A stretch of 64,000 bases of DNA from Gammaproteobacteria bacterium (GCA_050298595.1 JBNKUM010000094.1:160001-224000), one strand, 5' to 3'. Positions 10,697 through 21,506 are shown, numbered from the stretch's first letter. A program made the numbers and translations. The notes: generated from the letters alone by a model not told the origin.

Positions 10697-11197
10697 ATGG
10701 CTGAAGCAAAAAAATCATCACCCTGGGTCTGGGTTTCACTAGGCTTGATCATTGGGTTGTTTGTCGCGTTCGTACTTTTTCTGGATCAGAAAATTGTAAA
10801 AACTACGCATCAGCCCTTGCCAGCCGATACGACTCAGGAAGACAGTAAAAAACCGATATTTGACTTTTATACGGTGTTGCCCAAGCGTGAAGTGGATATC
10901 CCTGAGCCTGATTTGAGTGAAAATAAGCGGAATAAAAAATCACCACAAAAGCAACCAGCAGCTAAGGTTCAATATATTTTACAGGCCGGTTCATTTACCA
11001 CTGCCGAAGATGCTGAGCGGCAAAAGGCGAAGCTGGCTTTAGTCGGGCTGCAGTCAGTGGTGAGCAAGGCGGATGTGAATGGTACGGTTTACTTTCGAGT
11101 TGAGCTTGGGCCCTTTGTGGACGATGGTGCCTACTCTGAGGTTAAGAACCTGCTGATTGAAAACGATATCGCTTATATCCCAAAAGCTATTCACTAG
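10697..11197 (+). CDS. SPOR domain protein (FtsN-like)
   Basis: N-terminal TM helix, FDFYTVLP motif, LQAGSF SPOR domain, usual position after argS. Confidence 0.85.
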   Translation: MAEAKKSSPWVWVSLGLIIGLFVAFVLFLDQKIVKTTHQPLPADTTQEDSKKPIFDFYTVLPKREVDIPEPDLSENKRNKKSPQKQPAAKVQYILQAGSFTTAEDAERQKAKLALVGLQSVVSKADVNGTVYFRVELGPFVDDGAYSEVKNLLIENDIAYIPKAIH

Positions 11198-11261
11198 GCT
11201 TGCTTCGATTAAGCTCGGTTTTGCCGGGTTCAGGTATTATTAAAAGAAATGGAGATCAGTA

Positions 11262-12806
11262 ATGATAGATAAAATCAGTATGGACTTTGAAGTCAATATT
11301 GACACAAACGCTCCAGCAAAATCGAATATTCGCCCAAGCAGTCCGAATAGCCCATTTTGTATTGCCATACTGGGAGATTTCAGTGGCCGTACTAATCGTT
11401 CGCAGCATGAGCCTGGGACGCTTTCCAGTCGACGTTTGATTGAAATAGATTGCGATAATTTTGAACAGGTAATGGCGCGTTTCAATATCAGTTTGAATCT
11501 GAACTTCGCTGAGGGCGAAGGCATACAGATGAGCATAAAAGAGCTGGATGATTTTCATCCCGATGAACTGTATGAAAAGCTCGAAACCTTCAGCGAGCTT
11601 CGCAGCCTGCGTCGCAGATTAAAAAACAATAATAGCTTTGCCGAAGCTGCGGCTGAGATACAGAGCTGGAACATAGTAAATGAATCTCCAGTTATCCAGC
11701 CAGCAAGCCCTGCTGATTCTGATGTAAATAAGGCAATACAGGCCGACGCGGGAAATTTACTAAATAGCATACTTGGTTCTCAACAACAATCCTCAGGCGC
11801 TTCTAATGCTGCAACAAGTCAAATCGACCGCTTGATTAAAAGAGTGGTTGCACCTTACATCGAACCTGCTGCTGACCCGCGACAGGATGAGATGATATCC
11901 AGTGTCGATCAGGCGATACAAACCCATATGCGAGATATTTTGCATCATGCTGATTTTCAGGCGCTGGAATCTGCCTGGCAATCTGTGGACTTTTTGATTA
12001 AACGTCTGGAGACCGATGCCAGTCTGAAAATAAAAATACTGGATGTCAGCAAGCAGGAGTTACAGGCCGATCTGGCGGTGGATGACCTGACGGCCTCTTC
12101 GATCTACAAACTGTTCTGCGATCCCGCTGAAGGCGATGAACCATGCAGTGTGTTGCTGGGCAACTATAGTTTCACCGACAGCATTGATGATGTACTCTCG
12201 CTGGCCAGTATAGCTGCTATTGCCAAACAGGCAGGTGCTCCGTTTATTGCGGCTGCTGAAGAAACTCTGGCTGGCTGTGAGTCATTTGCCACTACGCCCG
12301 ATTATGAAGACTGGAATCATAGTATCAGTGAAGGGGTGAGCAGCGCCTGGAAAATGTTACGCCAGTCATCTGTGGCCGCTTATATAGGTTTGGCCCTGCC
12401 GAGATTTTTACTCAGATTGCCCTATGGCAGGAAAACCAGGCCGATAGACTCATTTTCTTTTGAAGAAATGCCAGACGAGCCTTGTCATGCCTGTTATCTG
12501 TGGGGCAATGCGGCGTTCATCAAGGTTGAGTTACTGGCGCGCAATTTCAAAAAACGCGGCTGGCAGATGCGGCCGGGCGAAGAGTATCAAACCGACGGAC
12601 TGCCGGTTCATTACTATAAAGAAGATGGCGAAACCGTGGGCAAGCCTGTGGCCGAAATCCTGCTAACGGAAAAGGGCGGGGAAATCATAAGCCAGCAGGG
12701 CTTGATGCCCTTATGGTCGGTTAAAAACAGCGATGCTATTCGATCATCTGACTTTCGTTCAGTGGATGAAAATGGTCAGACAATCATCGGACGTTGGGTA
12801 TCCTAA
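11262..12806 (+). CDS. Fused type VI secretion sheath protein (TssB-like plus TssC-like)
   Basis: N-terminal ILGDFSGR...DNFEQVM...DDFHPD (VipA/TssB) followed by ILHHADFQALESAW, PRFLLRLPYG and LWGNAA (VipB/TssC). Confidence 0.82.
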   Translation: MIDKISMDFEVNIDTNAPAKSNIRPSSPNSPFCIAILGDFSGRTNRSQHEPGTLSSRRLIEIDCDNFEQVMARFNISLNLNFAEGEGIQMSIKELDDFHPDELYEKLETFSELRSLRRRLKNNNSFAEAAAEIQSWNIVNESPVIQPASPADSDVNKAIQADAGNLLNSILGSQQQSSGASNAATSQIDRLIKRVVAPYIEPAADPRQDEMISSVDQAIQTHMRDILHHADFQALESAWQSVDFLIKRLETDASLKIKILDVSKQELQADLAVDDLTASSIYKLFCDPAEGDEPCSVLLGNYSFTDSIDDVLSLASIAAIAKQAGAPFIAAAEETLAGCESFATTPDYEDWNHSISEGVSSAWKMLRQSSVAAYIGLALPRFLLRLPYGRKTRPIDSFSFEEMPDEPCHACYLWGNAAFIKVELLARNFKKRGWQMRPGEEYQTDGLPVHYYKEDGETVGKPVAEILLTEKGGEIISQQGLMPLWSVKNSDAIRSSDFRSVDENGQTIIGRWVS

Positions 12807-12812
12807 CTTACG

Positions 12813-13862
12813 CTAGCCCTGTTGCAATAATTGCTTGAGGTCGATAACGGCTGCATTAGCACGTGATATGTAAGATGCCATCACCAGCGAGTGATTGGCG
12901 AACATGCCAAAGCCTGAGCCATTCATGATCATCGGTGACCACAGTGGTTCCTGGGTGGCTTCCAGTTCTCTGATGATCTGGCGCAGGCTGATCAGTGCGT
13001 TTTTCTTACGCAGGATACTGTCGAAATCCTTCTCTACGGCTTTCATAATATGTACCAGAGCCCAGGCCGCGCCACGCGTCTGATAAAACACATCATCAAT
13101 CTCGCTCCATGGGGTTTGAATATCAACCTCGTTAGCGGTATGGGTAGATTGCTCGGCGGCAGCGTCTCCCGCCAGATCTGTATTGATGCGAGTCTGGCCC
13201 ACGCTGGCACTGAGACGTTGCGACAGACTGCCAAGGCGTTTTTCAACCTGACCCAGCCAGTCAGCCAGGTTATCTGCGCGTGCATAAAACTGAGCTTCAG
13301 GGTTATTCGGATTTTGCAGGCGTTTCAGATAGCTCTGCATCGCGTTCAGGCCTTTTTGATATTCGCTTTCAGTGGCTGGGAAAAGCCAGGACTCATTATC
13401 AAAGTTGAATTGCGGTTCAGCAATAATCAAATCCTTATCCTCAACAGACTGTGATTGTGAACGGCTGAAATCGTTACGCATCGCGCGCGCCATATCTCGG
13501 CATTGAATCAAAACCCCGTATTCCCAGTTGGGTATGTTGTCCAGCCACAGGCTGGGGGGCAATACATCATTGCTGAGATAGCCGCCGGGTTTGGTTAGCA
13601 GGGTTTGCATAAGATGAATAACGGTTGCTGTGGTGGTACTGCCGATAGTGATATTCTGCGAATCCTGCGGTGCCATCTGCTGGGTAACCTGCTGTACATC
13701 GAAACTGTCGGGTTCCTGACTCCAGTACCATCCGAGCATAATCAGGCACAGCAATATTGCTACGATCAGGCCACCGGTAAAGCCGAGGGGGTATTCGCTG
13801 TTTTTGAAATTGTTAAATCCTGTTTTCAATCGGTCCATTAGGTCTTCACTGGTTATGTTCAT
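12813..13862 (-). CDS. DUF2333 family protein
   Basis: LLTKPGGYLSND, DNIPNWEYG, FYARADNL, FANHSLVMASYISRANAA; start codon uncertain. Confidence 0.85.
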   Translation of the reverse strand: MNITSEDLMDRLKTGFNNFKNSEYPLGFTGGLIVAILLCLIMLGWYWSQEPDSFDVQQVTQQMAPQDSQNITIGSTTTATVIHLMQTLLTKPGGYLSNDVLPPSLWLDNIPNWEYGVLIQCRDMARAMRNDFSRSQSQSVEDKDLIIAEPQFNFDNESWLFPATESEYQKGLNAMQSYLKRLQNPNNPEAQFYARADNLADWLGQVEKRLGSLSQRLSASVGQTRINTDLAGDAAAEQSTHTANEVDIQTPWSEIDDVFYQTRGAAWALVHIMKAVEKDFDSILRKKNALISLRQIIRELEATQEPLWSPMIMNGSGFGMFANHSLVMASYISRANAAVIDLKQLLQQG

Positions 13863-13993
13863 AATCTTGAATCTTGTGAGTTTTCGTGCAACAGTCTGCG
13901 CGTTCATTAAAACAGATATCCATGTACTAAGGAACCTCTGTAAAGATCAAGATCTAAACTGCTGCTACACAACACAAAAATCAAGGACTATCC

Positions 13994-16294
13994 ATGAAAA
14001 TATTTAAATACCTGATGCTAACGCTAGGCGCGCTTATTCTACTGGTGGTTATCACTGTGGGTGTATTTCTCGCTACTTTTGATGCCAATCAATACAAGCA
14101 GGAGCTGTCAGATCTGCTGCGACAGCAAACTGGGCGTGAACTGGTCTTTCAGGGTGATATAGGCTTAACCCTGTATCCTGCACTGGGGATGAAGCTGGGT
14201 TCTCTGACCCTGTCCAATGCTGTGGGATTCGGTAATCGCCCCATGCTGTCGGTGAATAAGGTCAGTGCCAGTGTGGATGTATTATCCATTCTGTCATTAA
14301 AGCCACAGGTGGCGCAACTTGTGCTGGATGGGCTAAATGTTGATTTGCAGAAAAATGCTCAGGGCGTGACCAACTGGGATGACCTGGTCAAAAAAGCTGA
14401 GGCTCAGCCCGAATCTTCGACCACAGCCCCGGCAACCGATCAGCCTGCTGAGGGCAAGCCTATGCAAATCGGTGGAGCGTTTGGCGGATTGAATATTACT
14501 AATGCCAATATTAACTGGAACGATGCCCAGGCGGGCGCTCAATATAGCGTTAGTGACCTGTCACTGGTCAGTGGTGCGATAGAGCCAGAGAAGGCATTCC
14601 CGCTAGCGCTGAAACTATCCCTCTCCAGTGCGCAACAATTGACAAGTGATATCCAGCTGGATACCGAGGTGTTGTTCAAAAATCAAACTCTGAAGCTATC
14701 AGCCGTCAAGCTCAATGCGCGTGCAAATGGCAAACTCATCCCGCTGGATGAAGTGAAGTTATTACTCAATGCGGATGTTGAGTTTGCGTTAAACAGAAAT
14801 CAGCTGTCTGTTGAGGGGCTCAGTACACAGATCAATACGACAGGTGGTGTGCTTACCTCCTCTGAAGTGAAGCTGGCCGGTGAAGTGGGTTTTGATTTAA
14901 ATCAGCAGCATTTGACTATAGCCGTGCTGGATGTGACGGCAGATTTGGCTGGAGAATCCGTACCCAACCAGAAAATGAAAGTGGGTATGTCCTCTTCACA
15001 GCTGGATATGAGGCTAGATAAGCGCAGCATCGATTTAGCGAATCTGGTGATGATGCTAAATGACAACCGCTTCGAGGGTTTTGTTAAGGTACAGGATTAC
15101 GCACAGCCAGCGCTTAGCTTTAAACTGGCTTCAAAAAGCCTGGATGTCGATAAGCTCACCGGTTGGGTACGTCCTGAACCAGTCGAAACGCCGACCACTG
15201 TGGATGCCCCTGCTACGGAACCGGCACCCGATGTAGAGATTGCGCTACCAATGGAATTGCTGCGTAGTTTAAAAATTGATGGCGAGCTGGGTATAGGTAA
15301 ATTGGTGGCACAGGGCCTGAGCATGCAAAACCTGTTACTCAAGGTTAAGGCTGCTGATGGCGTGATTGAACTCAACCCAATCAAACTGGATTTATACGAT
15401 GGCAGCTTTGATGGCTCAGTAAAAATCAATGCCCAGGGTGAAAAGCCCGTGTATAGCGTGCACAAAAAGCTATCGGCTTTCCATATCGGTGAATTTCTGA
15501 AGGATTTCATGCAAAAAGATCCGGTTAGCGGGTTAGCTAATCTGGATGTTAATGTTACTACACAGGGTGACTGGCTCAGTCAGCTTAAGTCTAACCTGAA
15601 TGGTAAGGTTGCTGTTGCGATAGAGGATGGTGCCCTGAAAGGTTTTAATCTAAGAGCAGAAATCGATAAAGCCAAAGCCAGTTTACAGGGTGAAAAGCTA
15701 AAGGATCGTGAAGTCCAGAAAACTGATTTTAGTGCGCTGTCCTTAGGCGGTGTGATCAACAATGGCGTGTTTGCCACTGATGACCTGAATCTGCAGGCTC
15801 CGCTGCTACGGGTAGGCGGAGCGGGAACGGTCAATCTGGTAAAGGAAAGCGTGGACTATCTGGTCAATGCCAAGATTGTAGGTACGACCAAGGGGCAGGG
15901 CGCGGGTGGCCTCAATGACCTGGCTGGATTATTAATACCGGTAAAGGTCACCGGTTCCTGGCTGGATCCAAAACTTGATGTGCAACTGGATGATATTCTG
16001 AAAAAGAAATTCGATGCTGAAAAAGCAAAAATCGCGGCTGAGGTTGCTGATCAGAAGGCAGCGCTACAGGCAAAACTGGCAGCGGAAAAAGCCAAACTGA
16101 AAGCAGCACAGGAAAAGAAAATCGCCGCTGAAAAAGAAGCGCTGGCTAAAAAGCAGCAGTTGCTTGAAGCAGAGCAGAAAGCAAAGCTGGCAGCGGAAAA
16201 GAAAAAGCAACAGGATGCGCTGGAGGCAAAGAAAAAAGCAGAAGAGGAAAGGGCCAAAAGCAAGCTGGAAGAAAAGCTGAAAAAACTGTTTTAA
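13994..16294 (+). CDS. asmA: AsmA family protein
   Basis: N-terminal TM helix, TGRELV, NWDDL, PLLRVGGAG; lies upstream of mutY. Confidence 0.85.
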   Translation: MKIFKYLMLTLGALILLVVITVGVFLATFDANQYKQELSDLLRQQTGRELVFQGDIGLTLYPALGMKLGSLTLSNAVGFGNRPMLSVNKVSASVDVLSILSLKPQVAQLVLDGLNVDLQKNAQGVTNWDDLVKKAEAQPESSTTAPATDQPAEGKPMQIGGAFGGLNITNANINWNDAQAGAQYSVSDLSLVSGAIEPEKAFPLALKLSLSSAQQLTSDIQLDTEVLFKNQTLKLSAVKLNARANGKLIPLDEVKLLLNADVEFALNRNQLSVEGLSTQINTTGGVLTSSEVKLAGEVGFDLNQQHLTIAVLDVTADLAGESVPNQKMKVGMSSSQLDMRLDKRSIDLANLVMMLNDNRFEGFVKVQDYAQPALSFKLASKSLDVDKLTGWVRPEPVETPTTVDAPATEPAPDVEIALPMELLRSLKIDGELGIGKLVAQGLSMQNLLLKVKAADGVIELNPIKLDLYDGSFDGSVKINAQGEKPVYSVHKKLSAFHIGEFLKDFMQKDPVSGLANLDVNVTTQGDWLSQLKSNLNGKVAVAIEDGALKGFNLRAEIDKAKASLQGEKLKDREVQKTDFSALSLGGVINNGVFATDDLNLQAPLLRVGGAGTVNLVKESVDYLVNAKIVGTTKGQGAGGLNDLAGLLIPVKVTGSWLDPKLDVQLDDILKKKFDAEKAKIAAEVADQKAALQAKLAAEKAKLKAAQEKKIAAEKEALAKKQQLLEAEQKAKLAAEKKKQQDALEAKKKAEEERAKSKLEEKLKKLF

Positions 16295-17346
16295 TGCCAG
16301 ATATTGCGCAATATTTGCTGCCCTGGTTTGATCAGTATGGGCGTAAGGACCTGCCCTGGCAGCAGCAGGTGAATGGATACAGGGTCTGGTTATCCGAAAT
16401 CATGCTGCAGCAAACTCAGGTCGCAACGGTTATTCCGTATTTTAATCGGTTTATCGAATCCTTTCCTGATGTAAACGCATTGGCAGACGCTGATCTGGAT
16501 TCTGTATTGAATCATTGGGCCGGTTTAGGGTATTACGCACGAGCGCGTAACCTGCATAAAACAGCCGCTATGGTGAAGGATCGGTTCAGCGGCAGTTTCC
16601 CCGAAGACTTGCAACAACTGGAGTCTTTACCGGGTATTGGTCGCTCTACAGCTGCTGCGATTCTCAGTCTGGCTTATCAACAAAAGGCTACGATTCTGGA
16701 TGGCAATGTTAAGCGCGTACTGGCAAGGGTTTATCAGGTGGATGGATGGTATGGTCAAAGCAGGACCCTGAATACATTATGGGGCATAGCAGAACAACAA
16801 ACGCCAGACCGTCGAGTGGCTCACTATAATCAGGCGATGATGGATCTGGGTGCTACCGTTTGTAAACGGAGTAAGCCGCTGTGTGAAAGTTGCCCGCTAA
16901 TAGATATATGTGCCAGTTATCAGCAGGGTACCCAGCAGCAGTATCCGGTTTCTCGTCCAGCCAGGAAGCGTCCGCATAAGCATTGCTGGGTATTACTGCA
17001 TCAATCAGAAAGTCATATTCTGCTGGAGCGCAGGCCGCCCAGTGGTATCTGGGGTGGCTTGTGGTCATTACCGGAAATGGAAGATCTGGCCCAACTGGAT
17101 AGCTGGCAGTTACAGCATCTGGGGCAGGTTAAGCAGGTTTGTGAAACGCAGGAAAACTCTTTACTACATAAATTTACTCATTTTGATTTGAGTCTTTCAG
17201 TCGCGCGAGTAGAGTTTTCACAGCAGGATAGATTGCCTGCGCCGGTAATAGTGTCAGAGCTGGAAAGATATCAATGGATAGAATGTGAGCAGCTTGCTCA
17301 ATACGGGCTGCCAACGCCTATTCAGAAAATCCTTAATCGTTATTGA
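16294..17346 (+). CDS. mutY: A/G-specific adenine glycosylase
   Basis: SEIMLQQTQV, GLGYYARARNL, HhH LPGIGRSTA, Fe-S motif CKRSKPLCESCPL. Confidence 0.96.
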   Translation: MPDIAQYLLPWFDQYGRKDLPWQQQVNGYRVWLSEIMLQQTQVATVIPYFNRFIESFPDVNALADADLDSVLNHWAGLGYYARARNLHKTAAMVKDRFSGSFPEDLQQLESLPGIGRSTAAAILSLAYQQKATILDGNVKRVLARVYQVDGWYGQSRTLNTLWGIAEQQTPDRRVAHYNQAMMDLGATVCKRSKPLCESCPLIDICASYQQGTQQQYPVSRPARKRPHKHCWVLLHQSESHILLERRPPSGIWGGLWSLPEMEDLAQLDSWQLQHLGQVKQVCETQENSLLHKFTHFDLSLSVARVEFSQQDRLPAPVIVSELERYQWIECEQLAQYGLPTPIQKILNRY

Positions 17347-17353
17347 TACAGTT

Positions 17354-17517
17354 CAGGAGCCTGTCGGATTTTGGATGAATCTACTGCGGAAAAGGCATTT
17401 TGGCCAAAAATCCAATCATTTTCGTTAAATAGGCTCACTATTCGACTCAAATGATCGAAATATTTGACTCAAAATGCCATTCCCTCGCTGCGATCACCTA
17501 AACCCGACAGTATTCTG
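17354..17517. repeat. MITE-like imperfect palindromic element of about 165 bp
   Basis: Ends CTGTCGGATTTTGG and CCTAAACCCGACAG; inner arms GGCATTTTG and CAAAATGCC. Confidence 0.6.
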
Positions 17518-17651
17518 GCCAGTGCTTTTTAAGTTGCTGACTGCAAGGAATCCAGGCTAATGACAGCCTTTGATGTGGTGGTGATCTTCAGGGGTTAAAG
17601 TACAGATAAAAATTTGAGCGCCACCTGCTCAACAGGTTTATCAGAGGGGGG

Positions 17652-18170
17652 CTAGTCCTCCTGATGTTTCATCTCCCTGGCCAGTTGCTCCAGTTCCTGT
17701 AAGCGTTTCCATGCTATGTCATTAGCACCTGGGCCGGCAGTAGGTAACATATCTCGTGGTCTAAGCTCTCTTCCATCCAGAGCATGGACGCGGATAGGAC
17801 TAATTGGCTGGCCGCTTTCTTTATCTCGAAAAACGATGGGTTCATTACCTTCGCCATAAATCCATTTGTCGCCCCATTGGGTTAGAGCAATGAGTAATGG
17901 CATCAATTCTTTACCTTTATTGGTCAGGATATACTCATGGCGTTTGGCGCCCTCTTTGATAGGTACGCGTTCCAGAATATCATTGTCACACAGTTTTTTA
18001 AGGCGAGACGTCAGGATGTTGCGAGCAATTCCAAGATGGCGTTGAAATTCTTCGAAACGGTGGACACCAAAAAATGATTCACGGATTATCAGCATAGACC
18101 AGCCTTCTCCGATGATCTCCAGTATATGAGCAATAGACCCGTTTAGCGGGTCAAAGCGTTCCATTTTCAT
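17652..18170 (-). CDS. HxlR family winged-helix transcriptional regulator
   Basis: IGEGWSMLIIRE, RFEEFQRHLGIARNILTSRL, EYILT. Confidence 0.9.
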   Translation of the reverse strand: MKMERFDPLNGSIAHILEIIGEGWSMLIIRESFFGVHRFEEFQRHLGIARNILTSRLKKLCDNDILERVPIKEGAKRHEYILTNKGKELMPLLIALTQWGDKWIYGEGNEPIVFRDKESGQPISPIRVHALDGRELRPRDMLPTAGPGANDIAWKRLQELEQLAREMKHQED

Positions 18171-18313
18171 ATGATTTGAGTGAGTTCTTTTAAAGTTGGC
18201 AGCTATCCTATAGTTTTATTAAGAAACTGTAAATATTTCTCAGCCTTTTCGGGTTCATTTTTTGTTCAGCATTGGTGGCTCAAACTGTCACAAATCATAA
18301 TCAGGATACTTCA

Positions 18314-18853
18314 ATGAAAACTTCAATGGCCTTAATGATACCAGCTTTGCTGGCTATGCCTCTTGCGCAAGCTGACTTATACGTTGAGTTAGGTGCAGAA
18401 AGTGGCTCGAAAGAATTAATTGCTACTAGCAATGGAGATAACATTTACAGTGGAGGGGGTGTTAAGGTAGCAGCAGGTGTTCAAAATTATATTAATTATG
18501 ATACCTCTATTCGGCTGACACTGGGTTATCTGGGAGACTCGGTGGATGCAACGAATGGACACGCAGCAATAAATACGGTAACTTTTGACGCGCTGTATCT
18601 GGTCAACTCTGGCCTGCATACCTTCGGCATTGGTCCCACCGTCCATATGAGTCCGAGTTATCACGATAATGTGTCGGGTTATACTCCCGTAGATATAGAG
18701 TTCGATAATGCAGTAGGACTTATGTTTCAATACGGTTATAAATTAGTTCCGGGTATTGAAATTGGGGCTCGAGTTACCAATATCGAATATGTCAATAATG
18801 CAACTACGCTTGATGCAAGCAGTTTTGGAGTATATTTGTCGAATGGGTTTTAA
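18314..18853 (+). CDS. Outer membrane beta-barrel protein
   Basis: Signal peptide, amphipathic strands, C-terminal Phe. Confidence 0.7.
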   Translation: MKTSMALMIPALLAMPLAQADLYVELGAESGSKELIATSNGDNIYSGGGVKVAAGVQNYINYDTSIRLTLGYLGDSVDATNGHAAINTVTFDALYLVNSGLHTFGIGPTVHMSPSYHDNVSGYTPVDIEFDNAVGLMFQYGYKLVPGIEIGARVTNIEYVNNATTLDASSFGVYLSNGF

Positions 18854-19238
18854 AATTGATGAGCGCTTGATCGCTGACTGCAATGTGCTGCTGGAGCAGG
18901 ATGATATAAGCTTTCTATTTCATAATAATGCCGATGTATTGTGGTTCATTCTGGTGCCGCATACCGATGCGGTTGAGTTTTACCAGTTGTCTATGCAGCA
19001 ACAGCACAATATTTGTGCACAGATTAATCGCGTCAGTGAGTTGATCAACAACAATTTTCAGTTCGATAAGCTTAATGTTGCGACTATAGGTAATGTGGTT
19101 TCTCAAATGCATATCCATATCGTAGCCAGGCGAAAAGATGATCCTTACTGGCCGGGTGTGGTTTGGGGACAGACTGTACGAAATCAACATGATGCATCGT
19201 TTATTGATCGGGTACGCAGCCTGATAGTAAGTTGTTAA
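18843..19238 (+). CDS. HIT family protein
   Basis: FKIDERL, KLNVATIGNVVSQMHIHIVAR, DPYWPGVVWG. Confidence 0.85.
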   Translation: MGFKIDERLIADCNVLLEQDDISFLFHNNADVLWFILVPHTDAVEFYQLSMQQQHNICAQINRVSELINNNFQFDKLNVATIGNVVSQMHIHIVARRKDDPYWPGVVWGQTVRNQHDASFIDRVRSLIVSC

Positions 19239-19326
19239 CTGCCTGTATTGGTCCCAGTTTTACATTGACATTTCACAGTCAAAGTATACAAATAGAACAT
19301 TGATATTTCTCTAGAAGCTGATTTTT

Positions 19327-20562
19327 ATGCATTACATTAACCCCGATATCTCAACGCTGAAGCGGTTGCGTCCACTTAGCCAGTTTACTGATGAGCATTT
19401 ACAAACACTTGCCAATCAGCTCCAGCTTAAGACAGCGCGAAAAAAGGAGAAACTTATCGAGCTGGGTTGTACAGATGATTACAGCTTGTTTGTGATTGAA
19501 GGTGAAGTGACTCTGAAAGCCCGCGACGGAAAAGTTCAGGAGCTGAGTTTTGACCAGAAACAGGAGCTTAACCCCATTGCTCAGCTACGCCCCTGTATCT
19601 ATGATGTAATCGCGACCAGTCAGCTTACCTATCTGAAGATAGATAAACACCTGCTCACTCAGTTTGCACAGCTAATGGAACAGGGGGAAGACGTGGATGA
19701 TATAAGCGTGCATATGTTTGAAGGGGATGTTAATGCTAACAGTTTAACCATGCATCTGTATCAGGACCTGATAGAAGATAAAATCACACTACCCAGTTTG
19801 CCCGAGGTCGCGCATAAAATTCAGCAGGTATTTAACAGTGAAGATGTTAATGCTGATAAAGTAGCCCAGGTATTGCTGGCCGACCCGGCGATGACGGGAA
19901 AACTGATCCGGGTAGCCAATAGTGCCCTGTATCGAGGCGTAGCTCAGATTGATACGCTACAGGCGGTAGTGGTTCGACTGGGTATGGATACTACTTATAA
20001 GCTGGTGATGACCTACGCAATGAATGAGCTGTTTAAAAGCCATTCTGAGTATGTGTCAAAACGTATGCATCAGTTATCGATGCATAGTCGAAAGGTTGCA
20101 GCAATCACTCGTGTGCTGGCTGAGAATAGTAAAAAATTCGACCCTGAGCAGGCTATGTTAGCTGGGCTTGTACATGACCTTGGGGTCATTGTTATCCTGA
20201 ATTACATCGACCTTCATAACGAGGAATTATCCGACACTCAGCAGTTGGAGCAAACCATTGTGACCATGCGCCCCCAGATTACCGGCATGCTGATGCAGAA
20301 ATGGAATTTCACCGATGAGATTATTCGTGTAGCCGAAGAGTGTGAGGACTGGTTTAGAAATCCAGAGGAAGAGGCAGACCTGTGTGATCTGGTCATGGTC
20401 GCTCAATATCACAGTATGATGGGTACGCCGGAGATGAAGTCATTACCACCGATTAGCACTTTACCCGCTATGGTTAAACTCCATATGGGGCCGACGGAAA
20501 GTATCGAACTGATCAAGCAATCGCGTGAGAAAATCGCTGAAATAGAGAAATTATTACAATAG
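19327..20562 (+). CDS. HDOD domain protein with N-terminal cNMP-binding-like domain
   Basis: LPSLPEVA, DPAMTGKLIRVANSALY, AGLVHDLG. Confidence 0.88.
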   Translation: MHYINPDISTLKRLRPLSQFTDEHLQTLANQLQLKTARKKEKLIELGCTDDYSLFVIEGEVTLKARDGKVQELSFDQKQELNPIAQLRPCIYDVIATSQLTYLKIDKHLLTQFAQLMEQGEDVDDISVHMFEGDVNANSLTMHLYQDLIEDKITLPSLPEVAHKIQQVFNSEDVNADKVAQVLLADPAMTGKLIRVANSALYRGVAQIDTLQAVVVRLGMDTTYKLVMTYAMNELFKSHSEYVSKRMHQLSMHSRKVAAITRVLAENSKKFDPEQAMLAGLVHDLGVIVILNYIDLHNEELSDTQQLEQTIVTMRPQITGMLMQKWNFTDEIIRVAEECEDWFRNPEEEADLCDLVMVAQYHSMMGTPEMKSLPPISTLPAMVKLHMGPTESIELIKQSREKIAEIEKLLQ

Positions 20563-20681
20563 TTCGCCGAAATAACCTTAACTTCATCAAGTTTGCTCTG
20601 TTTTTCGGTGCCATCCCTTTCATCGCCCGTTTGTTTTCTGTATGGTGTGGGGCTCTTTTACTAGTACAGACCTAAAACATC

Positions 20682-21170
20682 ATGAATATAGCAGACAACC
20701 ATGTCGTTACCCTGAATTACACCCTGACCGATAACGATGGCGAAATCATAGACCAGGCCAACGACGGCAGTTTTGTTTACCTGCATGGCGCAAGTAACAT
20801 TATCCCTGGACTGGAAAAGGAATTAACCGGTAAGGCAGTAGGTGATCAGCTGAACGTTAAGGTCTCACCTGATGAAGGATATGGTCAGCGTAATGAAGCA
20901 CTGGTTGAAGAAGTACCACGTGAAATGTTTCCAGAAGGCGATGGTGTTCAGGCCGGTATGGTATTTCACGCTGAAGGGCCAGGCGGCGAATTAATCACTG
21001 TCACTGTGCTTGAAGTGGGTGAAGAAACCGTAAAGATCGATGCCAATCATGCCCTGGCTGGAATCGAGCTTAACTTTGAGGTTGAAGTTATGGGTATCCG
21101 CGAAGCAGAAGCGGTTGAGCTGGAACATGGACATGTACACGGACCTGATGGACATCACCACGACCATTAA
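20682..21170 (+). CDS. slyD: FKBP-type peptidyl-prolyl isomerase
   Basis: YLHGASNIIPGLE, IDANHALAG, His-rich tail. Confidence 0.93.
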   Translation: MNIADNHVVTLNYTLTDNDGEIIDQANDGSFVYLHGASNIIPGLEKELTGKAVGDQLNVKVSPDEGYGQRNEALVEEVPREMFPEGDGVQAGMVFHAEGPGGELITVTVLEVGEETVKIDANHALAGIELNFEVEVMGIREAEAVELEHGHVHGPDGHHHDH

Positions 21171-21175
21171 GTTGT

Positions 21176-21208
21176 AGTCAGTAGCCCAGGATCTCTGGGC
21201 TACTGACT
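21176..21208 (+). terminator. Long hairpin after slyD
   Basis: AGTCAGTAGCCCAG-loop-CTGGGCTACTGACT. Confidence 0.6.
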
Positions 21209-21506
21209 CACTATTCTCCACTGCTCCCCTCTTTTTTTATCACTAAACAGGTCTTTCTCCAGGCATTTCCTGTAATGGTGAGCACATAAGCTTAATCTGA
21301 ATTAATAAATCATCTATTCAGCTACCTTTTTCCCGCTAATAATTGGCTGTAACAAAATTTAACAAATCCATTTTAGTTTTCTGATGCATTCAAACTGGAA
21401 AAAAGATATAAAGCTCTGGTTCGTAGTGTTTTTCCCATTCCCTGGGATTATTTTTATTAAAAACCTCAGGGGCATATAGCTAATTATTATATAGACAGGA
21501 GATATC

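Noticed and set aside
11262-12806. Functional type VI secretion cluster
   Set aside because: Only the sheath fusion is present in the window
16000-16294. Low-complexity Lys/Ala/Glu repeat
   Set aside because: Ordinary coiled-coil tail of AsmA, not a DNA repeat element
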